NCBI GenBank assembly: GCA_965112155.1
Contig: OZ218103.1
From: Podarcis liolepis
Lineage: Eukaryota
Direction: 5' to 3' (one strand)
Length of the DNA: 64,000 nt
This document shows positions 48,585 through 60,720 of this stretch, piece by piece (position 1 is the stretch's first letter; the number at the start of each line of letters is the position of its first letter). The notes beneath the pieces were generated by a model. That model made no database searches. It was not told the DNA's origin and was given only the letters and a program-made list of their open reading frames with translations. Made by a program: the position numbers and the translations under genes.

Positions 48585-48680
48585 ACAATCCCATTCTAGA
48601 CATGCCTGCTTAGAAATAAGGCCCACTGAGTTTGATAGGGCTTACTCCCAGGTAAGTGGGTATAGAACTGCAGCCCTAAC
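48585..48680. mobile_element. Small dispersed palindromic repeat (unclassified MITE-like)
   Basis: cttagaaataaggcccactgagtttgatagggcttactcccaggtaagtgggtatagaactgcagcc; decayed relatives near 7265-7335, 9655-9735, 16215-16300, 35105-35155 and 57175-57250. Confidence 0.55.
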
Positions 48681-51436
48681 TGACCACCCCTTTTGACTTT
48701 TGTTGAAATGACATGCTTGTTAGTTTTCCATGGCTTAACAATTAGAGTGATGTGTTGAATTTTCCTGTATGATTATGCACCAGTTATTGAATTATTCAGC
48801 AATACACATTTTCTCGGGATCTTAAGTGACATACAAGCTAAGTATACCAGCCCCTTTGCTAAACTAATAGAAGAAACAAAGAGGGAAGAAAATGGAAATG
48901 GCAATGTTTGCACATTATAAGGCATAAACCGCAAGGTTCCTGCCCTCTCCCAGCTCACACTAAGGCTGTGTATATGCTCCTGTTTACTTGGCATCCAGTG
49001 CACTCCTGCTGCAAGTCTGGCAGCATTAACCACAACAAACCTTTATCCTGTCGTTTGTAATGAAATGCTACAGTTTGATGTGTTTTCCCCACAAACCACA
49101 TTCAATCTTCAATCTAACGTGTACAGAGCCTAAGAGGGAGGGAAACATGGTCCCTGCCTGGTTTAGTGTTACTCCAAACAAATCACAACCTGTAGCCAAA
49201 TTTTATTATTGGCTTAGAGGTCATTGGATGCAGTGATAAATCCAAGGTGGTGGTTTGCTTTCTCTGGGTGGAATTAAGCAGTTTTGCTAGTGCACAAAAA
49301 GCCATGGTTTATGGTGTACTGTGATGTGCAAACACCGCAGGAATTGTTGAAGGCTATCTCCTACCACAACCAACACGCTATTCTGTAACCTGAGCCCTTT
49401 TGTACACAAAGTTACTTGCCAAATCTGCCCAGTAGTACACATAAGACAATCACAATATGCCTGCAGGTGCATTGTGGGAAATGAATAATCTCTGCTGGCT
49501 CATGGAGAATTAACCTAACAGCAGTCCTTAACATAGGATGTCCGCGTGTGGGATGTGCTAGGTGAGGAATGCAGGATTATACCCCAGGATAGTGGTGGTG
49601 ATCTCTGGCCCCACAATCTTAAATTCTGAAGTAAAAAAAAGAAGAGTTGATGGAAGCATTAGGTACTAACGGGAGCTAAGCTGAGACATTTTTGCTGTCT
49701 GCTGCTGAGCAGCAACCCCACATGCACCCTCAAGTCAAGGTGCATTAGTTCCCTCAATGAAGACATGGGGTTGATATTATTGACTAACTCACAGTGCCCC
49801 TGAAGATACACAAAGAGAACATTTTATTTCAGAAGGAACATGGCTATACTATCCCATAGGGTTGATAGGACCCGTATCACAAAGAACTGAAGAGGGCTAA
49901 AGATAACTTCACTATAAAGTGTATCCTCTGGGTTTATAAATGCTATGCCCCCACTCTGCTGCCTTTATCCACAAGAAACCTATCCTATCCTTGTTGAGGG
50001 AGGAGGGTGGTTCAGGTGGAATGATTATGCAGGGCTAGTGATACCACCAACCTCCAGCATCTGTTTTCCTGAGTTTGTCTAATCTCTGCCCTGGGTACAA
50101 TAATGGGGACTGGAATTAAGGTCTTCATCCACCACTAAATTTCTTAAAGCAAATCCCTAATTGCTGACCAGGTCTATTAGGGCTGCATAACCTACTGTGA
50201 TTTCAATGCTACAAAAATTCAGTGCAGCACATTGTTTTATGTAGATGGAACAGTCTATAGGTTTTAGAATATCAATTCCCCCTTTTGTTTAAGTAGAGCT
50301 CCGTTGTTTTATTTATTACTAAATTGCTCTTTTGTTGCTTCCTGACGGTTTGATTTGTTGCGCCGGTTACATATCAAATGAGCCAAAGTCTCTTGGAATG
50401 AGTGGCTCTCTTTCTTTATTCTTCGAGCCATATTGAAAACCATTCCTGTCAGCTGATACTCTCCCAAGTAGAATAGGAGAACTTTGGCATAGTTTGCCTA
50501 ACCTTACAAACAGTAAAAGCTAAACTCGCCTTTGATTAAAATAATAATAATAAAGCCAGAGGACTTTGGCACAGAGCCATTAAGGATGCAGGTGACGTTT
50601 GTAGCAGGCTTGACAGAATATTTCGCAAAACAGTAAATGTTCTCCTGAGGGTCCCTCAAATGGGCTGCGGCACTTTGCTTGTACTTAACATATATCAACT
50701 GTCACCCAACGGCAGTCACCGCTGAACTGAGCACAATGGAACATCCAGATGGGCTAAACAAAGTGAGCAAATGTTCAATGCTATTAAAAGCTGTTTACAT
50801 CAACTTCCAGTATTTCATGTGGTGAAGTTTATATTGTGTCACCTCTGAGCTGCTTAGCTCCATCCACTGCCAGCCGACACTTTTGTAAACTATTGTTGCT
50901 TATGTATGAAAATGCTGTACGTGCTACAGAGCATTTAAACAGCAGGGAACAGTCCATTGTATGCTAATTGCTTACTCCCTAGTATTTCCCAAGTAGATCT
51001 CCTTTGTGGACTTCTTTTCCAGCCTTACTATTCTTCTAACCAACAGGTGAACCATCAGGATTTGTTTTACTTTATTTTTCCTCCCACTTGCAAATCTACA
51101 CACACTTTGTGCCATATGCAAATTTGCTGTGCACAAGTAAGATGATGTCGGATGGGACGGAATTTCAAGGAATGATGCTTTCCCCATAATTGTGTTTCTG
51201 TACTAGAAAAAGCTTAACCTGTTGAATCCCAACAGGCAGATATACAGCTATAATATATACATAGGAAAAACTCTTGCAGAATTAGATAGCCAAACTAGTT
51301 CTTCACATTTTCTGGAAGTTGATTTGAAGAGATGTCTCTTTCTCCTTAAGTTGCTTATTGTTCCACCCATTCTTGGATAAGTGCTGCAGCTTAGTGGCAG
51401 AACAAGTGGACCGTTACTGAGGTGGATGGACTAATG

Positions 51437-51492
51437 AAGCCGTCCACAGTGGCTGGGGAAACCCAGCCAGATGGGCAGGGTACAAATAATAA

Positions 51493-51540
<48 letters not shown>

Positions 51541-51549
51541 TATTTAATT
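51437..51549 (+). mobile_element. L2 3' tail with (TTA)n, inserted in a Squam2-like SINE remnant
   Basis: gtggctggggaaacccagccagatgggcagggtacaaataataaa(tta)n; SINE tail resumes at tctggcttaatttaaggcagcttt. Confidence 0.7.
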
Positions 51550-53681
51550 ATCTGGCTTAATTTAAGGCAGCTTTCCATGTGCCTTCATTATTGGAGCCTC
51601 TTCCATTACCTTTTTTAAAAAAATGAATTTGCAGGTGGGGGGTTTCATCTGTTTGTTGCTTACACCAAGTTTCTTTTTAAAAAGGCGGTCTAGTTCATGA
51701 TTCCAGGACATGACTGCTCCAGGTTCCCACTTTTGCCAGCAAACTGTATCAAATGTGTGTGGATGTATGTATAGGTGCTATTTCCCTTTTTTGAAAAATG
51801 AAAGCAAAGAAAGAAGAGTTTCCCATTTTGGGAGGAGTAGGTGTGTTTGGGAAATGTGTAAAGGTTAAAAGAAGGGTAGCAAATAGGATAAAACTGAAAT
51901 GAACTAAAATAGGCGTGCTTGTCTGCATACACAATGTGACTTTGTTCAGTCCATTACATAGAAGAGATTTATTCTGGAGTGAGCCAGTCCTGTGTGCTTG
52001 GAGAGCTCCAGTTCTGCTTGCTGCCCATTTGCTTTATATAAGGTCTGTACCTTCAAGTGTATCAGATTGTTCCAAAGCCTCTGCATTCATGCTTGACAGA
52101 GGTCAAACCTCGTGCCTTTAGATGAGCCCTTGGAGCCAGTTTGTCAATCCAAATGCAAGCTGCTCAACTTCCTGTTTATGCCTGTGCTGAGTTACATATC
52201 CGGACTTCCTTGCCTTCAGCTGCAGGTTTTTCCGTACTCCCTAGGAGATCCCTTCCTTAAAATGGTTTCTTATCATTTAAGCAGGCTGCTGGAATTTTGC
52301 TAATTCCTGTTTCACTTAACACATGTGAAGTTCTGCATTGACTACACAGGCCATACAGTGTTGTGAAAAGGTGATTTAAATAACAATGTACAATCAGAGA
52401 GGGCATTAAATGCAATATTTTGATTACCTGTTAAAGGCACTTCCTGTAAACGGACCTCAAGTTGCTATCAATGAAAGTGTGATCTTGTAAATTTAAGTTG
52501 TAGTTAGGAATTTGCTGATGACTGTTTTGTGTACCTTTAAAAAGAGTATCCTTGCACCTCAAAGTTAATTTTGGCTGACACTGCAAGTGGTTTTAAAAAC
52601 TGATAATCTCTCCACTAGATGCTGATGCTGAATCCTACGAGTACTTGTTCCTGCACTTACAAGCTTGCCATCTAAAATTAAACACTGGGAGCAAGCAACA
52701 GAAGAAGATGCCTAAGCTGAAAGAGACAAGTTAGCCAGGTGAGCAAATGTAATTGCACATGCTACACCTTTTCAAAGGTAGCCTCCCAGTTACGGAACCG
52801 TATTCTAAACATGATCCGTCAGGCCTCATCCCTTGGCAGTTTTACACAGTCCTTAGAGATCTTTTTATCATGGCCCTTGGGAGCCAATCTGTAAATTGGT
52901 CATTTTATTTTCTATTGTATACTATACTGACTATGTATTGTTGGACAGAGATGTATATTTCAAATGTTTAAAGGTAATTACTGCTGGATTTTATGAATAT
53001 GCATTGATATGTTGGGAGGCAGCTTGGTCTAAATTGAATTGAATTACTATATCAGCACCTCAATTTTTAAGTGTTATTGGAACAAGCAAATATCCAGCAT
53101 TGAATGCTACACTGTCATCAAATGTTGTGCACAAGGCTAAATATTTACACTGCATATATTAATATGAAGGCAACCCACCACTGAGCAAAGGTGTCACGTT
53201 TTAAGCCCTGACCCTTTGTATAGAGTCAGTAGCCTCTGGCAAAGTTGCAAGAAGTGATTTTTGAATAAATAATTCAGCCGTCTACAGTGGAAGTACCAAA
53301 GGAAGCATTGTATGCAGAAGAGAATTGGTCTAAGCAGTTAAGCCAGCTACAGGGGTTTGGGTGTGGGTGGGTGGGTGTCCTTGTACCATCTAAATAGAAC
53401 AATATGTTGGTGCAACGAAGGGAGGGAAAGCGTTAAAGCAGCTTGGTCCCTCCAGAAGTTTTGAACTACAACTCCCATCAACCCCAGCTGGCATGGTCTA
53501 TTGTCCAGGATGATGGCAGTTTTGTCCCTAACATCTGCTGATCGCTAGGTTGAGGAGGCTACCCTCAATTTCATAAATTTATTATTATATATAGATTTTA
53601 TGTTCTTATGTTGATGACATAAAAATACAAGATGGAAACACCAAAATATCTTTCCTCATCTGTCTTTACACACCCCTGCCT

Positions 53682-53903
53682 CTATTATTATTATTATTTT
53701 ATTTTATTTTGTATGCTGCCCTATATCTGCAGGTCTCAGGGCGGTTCACAGGATAAAATCACAATATATATATATAAACCCAAATACATAATCAAAATAA
53801 AAACAAAAACAACCCAATAACACTCCCCCCCCCCATTTTAAAAGGGCATTGGATGTCAATGAGCCAAAGGCCTGGTTAAAGAGGAAAGATTTTGCCTGGC
53901 GCA
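53682..53903 (-). mobile_element. L2-clade LINE 3' end
   Basis: tattattatt tail, tctcagggcggttcaca, agccaaaggcctggttaaagagga...ttttgcctggcgc. Confidence 0.7.
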
Positions 53904-55142
53904 TAGTTCAGGGGTCACATGACTACGTTATGTTTGCTATCCAGATCCATCTCTCTTCTGTGTGGGTCTTCCTGAAGAGCACACAATTTGGTGTGCGCAG
54001 TGGGGAATTTGTGACTGCACAATGAAGCTTCCTATCATGTAAAAGAGAACAGGAAGCTATGAATATACTGGGCTCCAGGGAGTGTTCTGATTGTAGCTGT
54101 TGTGTATAGACTTGCACGCAGAAAGGAATAATTATTGAACTTAATGACTGTCGTGTTATCTTAAGAGAGGTTCCTAATGAATATAGAGTAGCTTTCAAAC
54201 GTAAGTGTTCGGGCTCCACACTGTTTAAATAATGTTTGATTGATCAACTGCAATTTAACCAATTAAATAATAATTAAATTTAAACAACTAAATTTAAATA
54301 ACTTTGCATATTGCCAAACCTGATGTCCTCTGAGATTTTGAAGGCAATGTGGCATAGCTTGCAATTTAATAAAAAGGTGTCACTCATTGGAAGGGAAGCT
54401 TAATATTTTATTTTTCATTTCCTGTTTCCTTTATGCAGAACTAAGGCTTTAGTTGAATAACGTTAAGATCTGTAGAGGGGGCTCTCTTAATATTTTCCCC
54501 AGCTTTGGAACTGTGGAGGCTGGGAGAGAGCTTTTTCTGTGGCAGCCCTTAAATTGGGGAACTCCGTCCCCATAGAATGCATCTTGCAACTTCACTGTGC
54601 AGCCTTTGCTGTATGTTAAAGAAGCAGCTTTCCCCCCTGGCCTTTGGCAGTGAAAGTAACTTTGGCTAAATTTATACCATTCTATTCCATTTGGAATGGT
54701 TTTATCTGCTTTATAATTCCAACTGTTTTATCATATAATTTTAAATACTGCTAAACCACCCTAGGACCTTAGGGCATAGGGTGGGTAAGAAATCAATCAA
54801 ATAAAAAAGATAATTGTTGTTTAAACTGTTCAAATCTATATGTGCTAATATATATGGGATTTCCTTACTGTTTTTTTTTTTGTGTGTGTGTATAACTATA
54901 ACTTTTATTGGGCTACCACAATTAAGATTGAAATCTCTCCAAAATGGCACTTTATACATAAAAAGAGAAAGTTAATTTATTTTATAAAAGTATTTCTATA
55001 TCGTCGCATTTTGAGTAGGACTAACATTGGATACAGTCATATGTAATATAAAAGGCAAGGTGATGTGGAAAGTGAAAAACTTCACTCCATTATCACTGTC
55101 TTCATTCTTATTTATCTGCCAGATATATATAGATATACTGTA

Positions 55143-55492
55143 AAGGTAAAGCGACCCCTGACCGTTGGGGCCAGTCGCGGACGACTCTGGGGTTGCGGCA
55201 CTCATCTTGCTTTACTGGCCGAGGAAGCTGGCGTACAGCTTCCAGGTCATGTGGCCAGCATGGCTAAGCTGCTTCTGGCAAACCAGAGCAGCGCACGGAA
55301 ATGCCGTTTACCTTCCCGCCGGAGCGGTATCTATTTATCTACTTGCACTTTCATGTGCTTTCAAACTGCTAGGTTGGCAGGAGCTGGGACCGAGCAATGG
55401 GAGCTCACCCCGTCGCGGGGATTCGAACTGCCGACCTTCTGATCAGCAAGTCCTGGGCTCTGTGGTTTAGACCACAGCTCCACCCGCGTCCC
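55143..55492 (-). mobile_element. Sauria SINE, full length
   Basis: aaggtaaag tail to accacagctccacccgcgtccc head; degenerate 12-bp TSD agatatactgta/atatatacggta. Confidence 0.93.
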
Positions 55493-55709
55493 ATATATAC
55501 GGTACTCCTCTTCAATTAGCACTTTATTAATAAAATATAGTAATAAAGCAACATAGAACAATTAAAGGCAGCATTAAAAAAAAACCAATTGAGAAGACGA
55601 ATGTTACATCTTCAGTTAAAAGATTGGGAAAATTAAAAGGTTTTTATCTGGCTCCAGAAAGATAACACAAAGTCCAGCAACAACATGCAGCTTCTTTGGG
55701 CAGGAGTTG

Positions 55710-55860
55710 GAGCTCCCCAAGATGTAGCAATGGCCACCAACTTAGATGGCTTTAAAACGAGATTAGACCGATTTATGGTGCCCAAGGCTCTCAAGGGCTA
55801 CTAGCCATGATGCCTATATTCTGCCTCAACTGTCAGAGGCAGTTCCTGGGGATTACAAAC
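55710..55860 (+). mobile_element. CR1 3' fragment
   Basis: atggccaccaacttagatggctttaaaa.gagattagac...atgg...aaggct.tcaa.ggctactagccatgat. Confidence 0.7.
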
Positions 55861-55970
55861 AGAATGGCATCCACATACTGCTTGCTGGCTTCAGATTGGC
55901 AAAATTTTGGAACCAGGATGTGAATGGAAAATTTATGGGCTTAATTTTCAATACTTTCATTTAATATATA

Positions 55971-56201
55971 TAGTAATACCTCCGCAAACGTCTGCCTCAT
56001 CTAGCGTCCATTCCAGCGAATGTCCGTGGCAAACCCGGAAGTACCGGAATGGGTTACTTCCGGGTTTGCTGCTTGCACATGCGCAGAAGTGCTAAATCGT
56101 GCTTTGCGCGTGTGTGCAGATGTGGCACTTTGCCTTGCGTCCTTTTCGGCTAGTAGCTGGGGCTCCGGAACAGATCCCAGTCGCAAAACAAGGTACGACT
56201 G
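55971..56201. mobile_element. Tigger-like MITE
   Basis: TA-tagtaatacctc ... aaggtacgactg-TA; internal aaacccggaagta/tacttccgggttt hairpin. Confidence 0.75.
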
Positions 56202-58529
56202 TACTGCTAACCCTAGCATTAATTTAGATAGGCATCAGAGGTAGTACAGTCAGCATAAAGTGGCTTTGGGGGACTGAATAACTATTGGTTTCAATGCTTT
56301 AGCCTAATCATAGACCATGTTAAGAATGTGCTTTGTGTGTGTCAGAATATTCATATGAAAACATCATCCAGATTGAAATCAAATCATCTTGTAATGACTT
56401 CATTAACTCTGCCACCAGTTCAGCAACCCTTTTTATTCCCTTTCACCCTTTGTTTTCTGAAACATTTTCATGATGTTGTTGTTTTTGGTCAGAAAAACGA
56501 ATGTTGCTAAATATGGTTTCTGTTTTTCTTTATAGTAAAACCAACAATAACAATGAGTCTAGCTATTATATTAACAATTAGTGCTGATACCACACACGGC
56601 TTTCATCTCCTGGTCATTTGTCATAATGCTTATATTTCTGTTGCAATGAGGATGTGTGATGCCTCTCTGAAAGCAGCTGGAATGAAAACAAACACATCCA
56701 CCAAGTTTGGCAAGCAAGAGAACAGAGACAGATTAATTTGTTGTGTGCTTCAAAGGGTTCCTCAGAAAAAGCTCTTTCATTGATGGTGGAGTGGCACACT
56801 ATGCCTGTAAGCATGGAAAGTCTGAGCTGCATTCTTAATTTAGTACCGTGTGGGAAAGTTGATGTACGATGACAGTAATGTTGGTTTTACTTCTATTGTA
56901 AGGTTCTTTGTAAAAGAGCAAGTCTCAGTTATTAATCTGTAAAATCTTAATTTCTGTGGATTAATTCTGAACACACATATATGCACACACTGCTAAACCT
57001 CACTTCTAATGCTGTGCAATTTCCCAGTGCATTTACACAGCTGTCTCTATCGGAGGTTAAGTTTTGTTTCTAAACTGTGCAAAGAAGAACTGAAGAAAGT
57101 TCTATTTAAAACAAAGTTCATGGAGTTCAGTAAGTGTTCCAAACAAGAGGAAAATAATCCTAAATTATTCAAAGTCTGCAATGTACACACTTACCTGGGA
57201 GTCAGCCCCACTAAACTCACTGGAACTTACATATCAATTCATGTTATTAGAAGACAATTTGTCGCTAGCACACTTCACTTTGATTTCCACTCCACCCCAT
57301 CCAGTTGATTATTTTATGTCATTTTGGTAAGAACTTGGCTTGAAGTTCACAGGCAGCACAAAACATGTAGCTACAAACAGAGCCCTTCATCAGTTGAAAC
57401 ATCTTCCCTTCAGACTTTGGGATAAATAGACTTCTCCGTTTACCACTGACACGTGTGTGAGGAACAGCCCATAACATGATTGAACTCCATTGATTTTTCA
57501 TAAAAGTTTAATAAGACGATACAGGTCAAAAGCTTTGCAAAATTTGCAATAAATTTTGGCAGCTATCTGAACTAGACTTTGCTGCAAAAGCTGACATAAG
57601 AGGAGTGAAAGTGTTGGCTGAGACTATGAAAGGTAATGAGCACCGTGAAACTTTTGATCAGCTTTTTAAAGACCTTTGTATTGACTGCTGTTTCTCAGCA
57701 GATTAATTTTTTGTTTTTGTTTAGAGGAGATTTTATTCATTTGATAATATCAGCATATCTGCAACAGCATGCATTATAAAAGCACCTTCCTAATAGTGAT
57801 GTGCCAAAACACTTTGATGCCCAAGACAGACTATCTCAATGGTGGTCTGAGTATAAAAACTAAATAATTGACATTTTGCTGCCTTTTAGTGGTATTCCAA
57901 AACATGCTGTCTGAGGTGAACTGCTTCTTCCCGCCAAATATTTGGGATGATCCTGCTCCCTAAATGCAACCTCTCTTGAAGTGCAGCTTTCTGTGGGAAT
58001 GTTGAGGAAGGTAGGAGAGGATATATTGATTAAATATTATCCCTCCTCACTCACATTAGTGAGCAAGCAGCAGAGCACATTCCTTGCAGCTTGTTGGAAG
58101 CAAGTTGATGATTCGTTAGAATCATTTAAATTAAGCAGTTCAGACTGGCTTGTCCAGTCTGGATTGTTCCTGGTAAGTTTTCCTTTTATTTCCTCTTTAA
58201 AATAATAATAACACGACAGTCTTCTTTAAAAGTAAGAGTAAAGTTTTACTTACATTCTGTTCACAGCATTAATCTGAAGGCAGGCTTTATCTTGTGGTTA
58301 CAGTTACATAGTCAGCTTTTACATGGTCAGCTAGGGTCATGCCCATCTACCTGGTCACAAACAAGGGGAGGAGACTCCAGAGCAGGTATGATGGGAAGTC
58401 CTCCCTGTCTGGAGCCACATTCCCCTATGTGTCCACTCTAGGCAACAGGAAAATATTGTACTTGGCTGCTTCAGGGATGATACATCCCACACTTCCTTCA
58501 TGTTTTACACAAGCTTAAAGCAGCTAGGA

Positions 58530-58651
58530 CAAGGGTAGTCAACGTGTTTGGGACTACAAATCCTGTCAGACTCAATCAGTATGGCTGGTGTTTGGCAATG
58601 ATGGAAGTTGGAGTCCAAAGCATCTGGAAGACTTTGCATTGGCTATCCCTG
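58530..58651. mobile_element. Decayed hAT MITE
   Basis: gggtagtcaac/ttggctatccctg termini; TSD agctagga/atctagga. Confidence 0.65.
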
Positions 58652-59208
58652 ATCTAGGACGTACGTACTTGCACATTATGGCTGCCAACTGGAGCCCATT
58701 TTTATATAGCTCCATGTGGGTGGTGATGCTTCATGATGACGTATTTGTTGTGTAGTGACATACCATGCAACCTGGGCAATTTTCTCCATACCAGCACAAA
58801 TGCCCTTTGCCATGAGGTTTCATGAGAAATGGAGAAAATCACTGATCCATGTGGTGATTAATAATAATAATAATGAGGAGGAGGAGGATTCCACATTTAA
58901 CAGTATCAGAAGCTGTTAAAGGATCATGGTCATACTCCCCTATCTTGTTTCTGACAAGCGTTACCAATCAGGGCAACCAAGGTGGTGGTTTCAGTGTCAT
59001 GGCCGGGCCTGAGACCAGACTAGGAGGGATCCAAGTAATCAGTTTCCTCCAAGTATGCCTGAAGCTGGACCACCTCCTTGAACACCTTGCTCAACATATT
59101 TGCCACTGGGCGATACATAAGTTACACTTCTAGGCCCAGGGAGGTCACCTGTTATATAGGGAGATACCGGTAAAATATAAGGCAATATGGGAGTTCATAA
59201 GTGAGAGA

Positions 59209-59286
59209 GGGATTCGAACCGCCAACCTTCCGAATGGCAAGCCCAAGAGGCTCAGTGGTCTTTAGACCACAGCACCACCCATGTAC
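59209..59286 (-). mobile_element. Sauria SINE head fragment
   Basis: gggattcgaaccgccaaccttc...tttagaccacagcaccaccc. Confidence 0.75.
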
Positions 59287-60416
59287 ACATAGAGGGACCC
59301 ACTGAATGGTTTGAGTTTCTAACGTACACTTCTTCCATTTTACATTTTCACATTTAAATTGCTATGATTGGCTTTGTAGTGGACAGCTTAGACACCATAA
59401 TATTTTTTCTCTCACACCCTTCCCCACCCTCCTTGCCCTTTCAATCATTTCCTACTTTCTATACGAACTTGTCATTTAGCTCCTAAAAATATCCGTGTTA
59501 TCAGGGTTCAGACTCAGGGCTTTCGCTGAGAGACTATTGTTTGCCAATTTGTGGTGCATAGCATCTGAGTGGCTCTCTGGTCCTTCTGAGCAGCCTATTA
59601 TGCTAACTTTCAGTTTCCTGACCGGTCTGCCAAACAAGCACAGATGGAGATAGAAGGAACTTTTGGCTTACTGATAACAGTGATGTTCCCCTTCCGACAT
59701 CTACACAGAAAACATGGCAGTTTTCGCAGAAAACCAGCGTGTTGCAGAAAACAACCCATAAACAAGCAGAGGATACAAGTGCTAGCAGGAAGGAAGGCCG
59801 AGAACAGACAAAAGGGAAACAATTTTGTTGCTAGATGTTGAGATGTTGTTTTTGAGACTCTGAAAATGTTTTGCAAAATGGGAAAAAGGCATGGCCTTGA
59901 AAGCATCACGCTATCTTAACGTTTATAGAGGTGGCTTCACAGTGCGCTTAGCGTATTGATGAAAGCCTTGCTGTCTCGGTATTGAAAACGGGTCTGTCGT
60001 TACGGTTTGCCTTGAAGATTAGAATTGCCTGATTAGAATCCAGAATTTGACAAAAGGAAGGTTCTTGTTTCTTACTTTGGCTGTGGTTGATCCTCCGAAT
60101 GGTTCATTCACCTGCAAGGGTGGCCCCTGAGAGGCGTGCTTGGTAGATTGTGTGGCGACCAGGGTCAGCCCAAGACATTTTGCTGCTTCAGGTGAAGGGG
60201 AAACTGACACAACTGCTTTCTATCTACAGAAACTGGGAGAACCGGCAGTATAAGCTTACAGGTGACATGACAGCAGGCTTGCTCTCACACTGCTTTTCAA
60301 TCTGTTAATATACAACCTTACATCTCCAGTGCCCTATCATTTAGAGAAAAGATACCCAGCAGTACATCCCTTCAAACTCCTCAGCTCTCATAAATATATA
60401 CCGGTATATAGTCTGT

Positions 60417-60659
60417 AGAGGGCCTTCTCGGTAGTGGCTCCCGCCCTGTGGAATGCCCTCCTATCAGATGTCAAGGAAATAAACAACTATCTGACTTTTA
60501 GAAGACATCTGAAGGCAGCCCTATTTAGGGAAGCTTTTAATGTCTGATGTTTTATCCTTTTTAGATTTATTTATTTATTTATTCATTCATAATTTTGTTG
60601 GGAGCTTTCCGGAGTGGCTGGGGAAACCCAGCCAGGTGGGTGAGGGGTGTGTGTGTGTG

Positions 60660-60717
<58 letters not shown>

Positions 60718-60720
60718 TTT
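60417..60720 (+). mobile_element. L2 LINE 3' end with (GT)n(AT)n compound tail
   Basis: agggccttctcggtagtggctcccgccctgtggaatgccctcc encodes RAFSVVAPALWNAL; same family as 822-1097. Confidence 0.85.

Noticed and set aside
58060-58178. Possible non-coding exon ending CTG|GTAAGT
   Set aside because: Only a donor motif; no independent support
60076-60111. Minus-strand 36-nt exon-like segment VNEPFGGSTTAK with AG and GTAAG boundaries
   Set aside because: Short pyrimidine tract, no recognisable protein and no supporting neighbouring exons; such patterns are expected by chance in 64 kb
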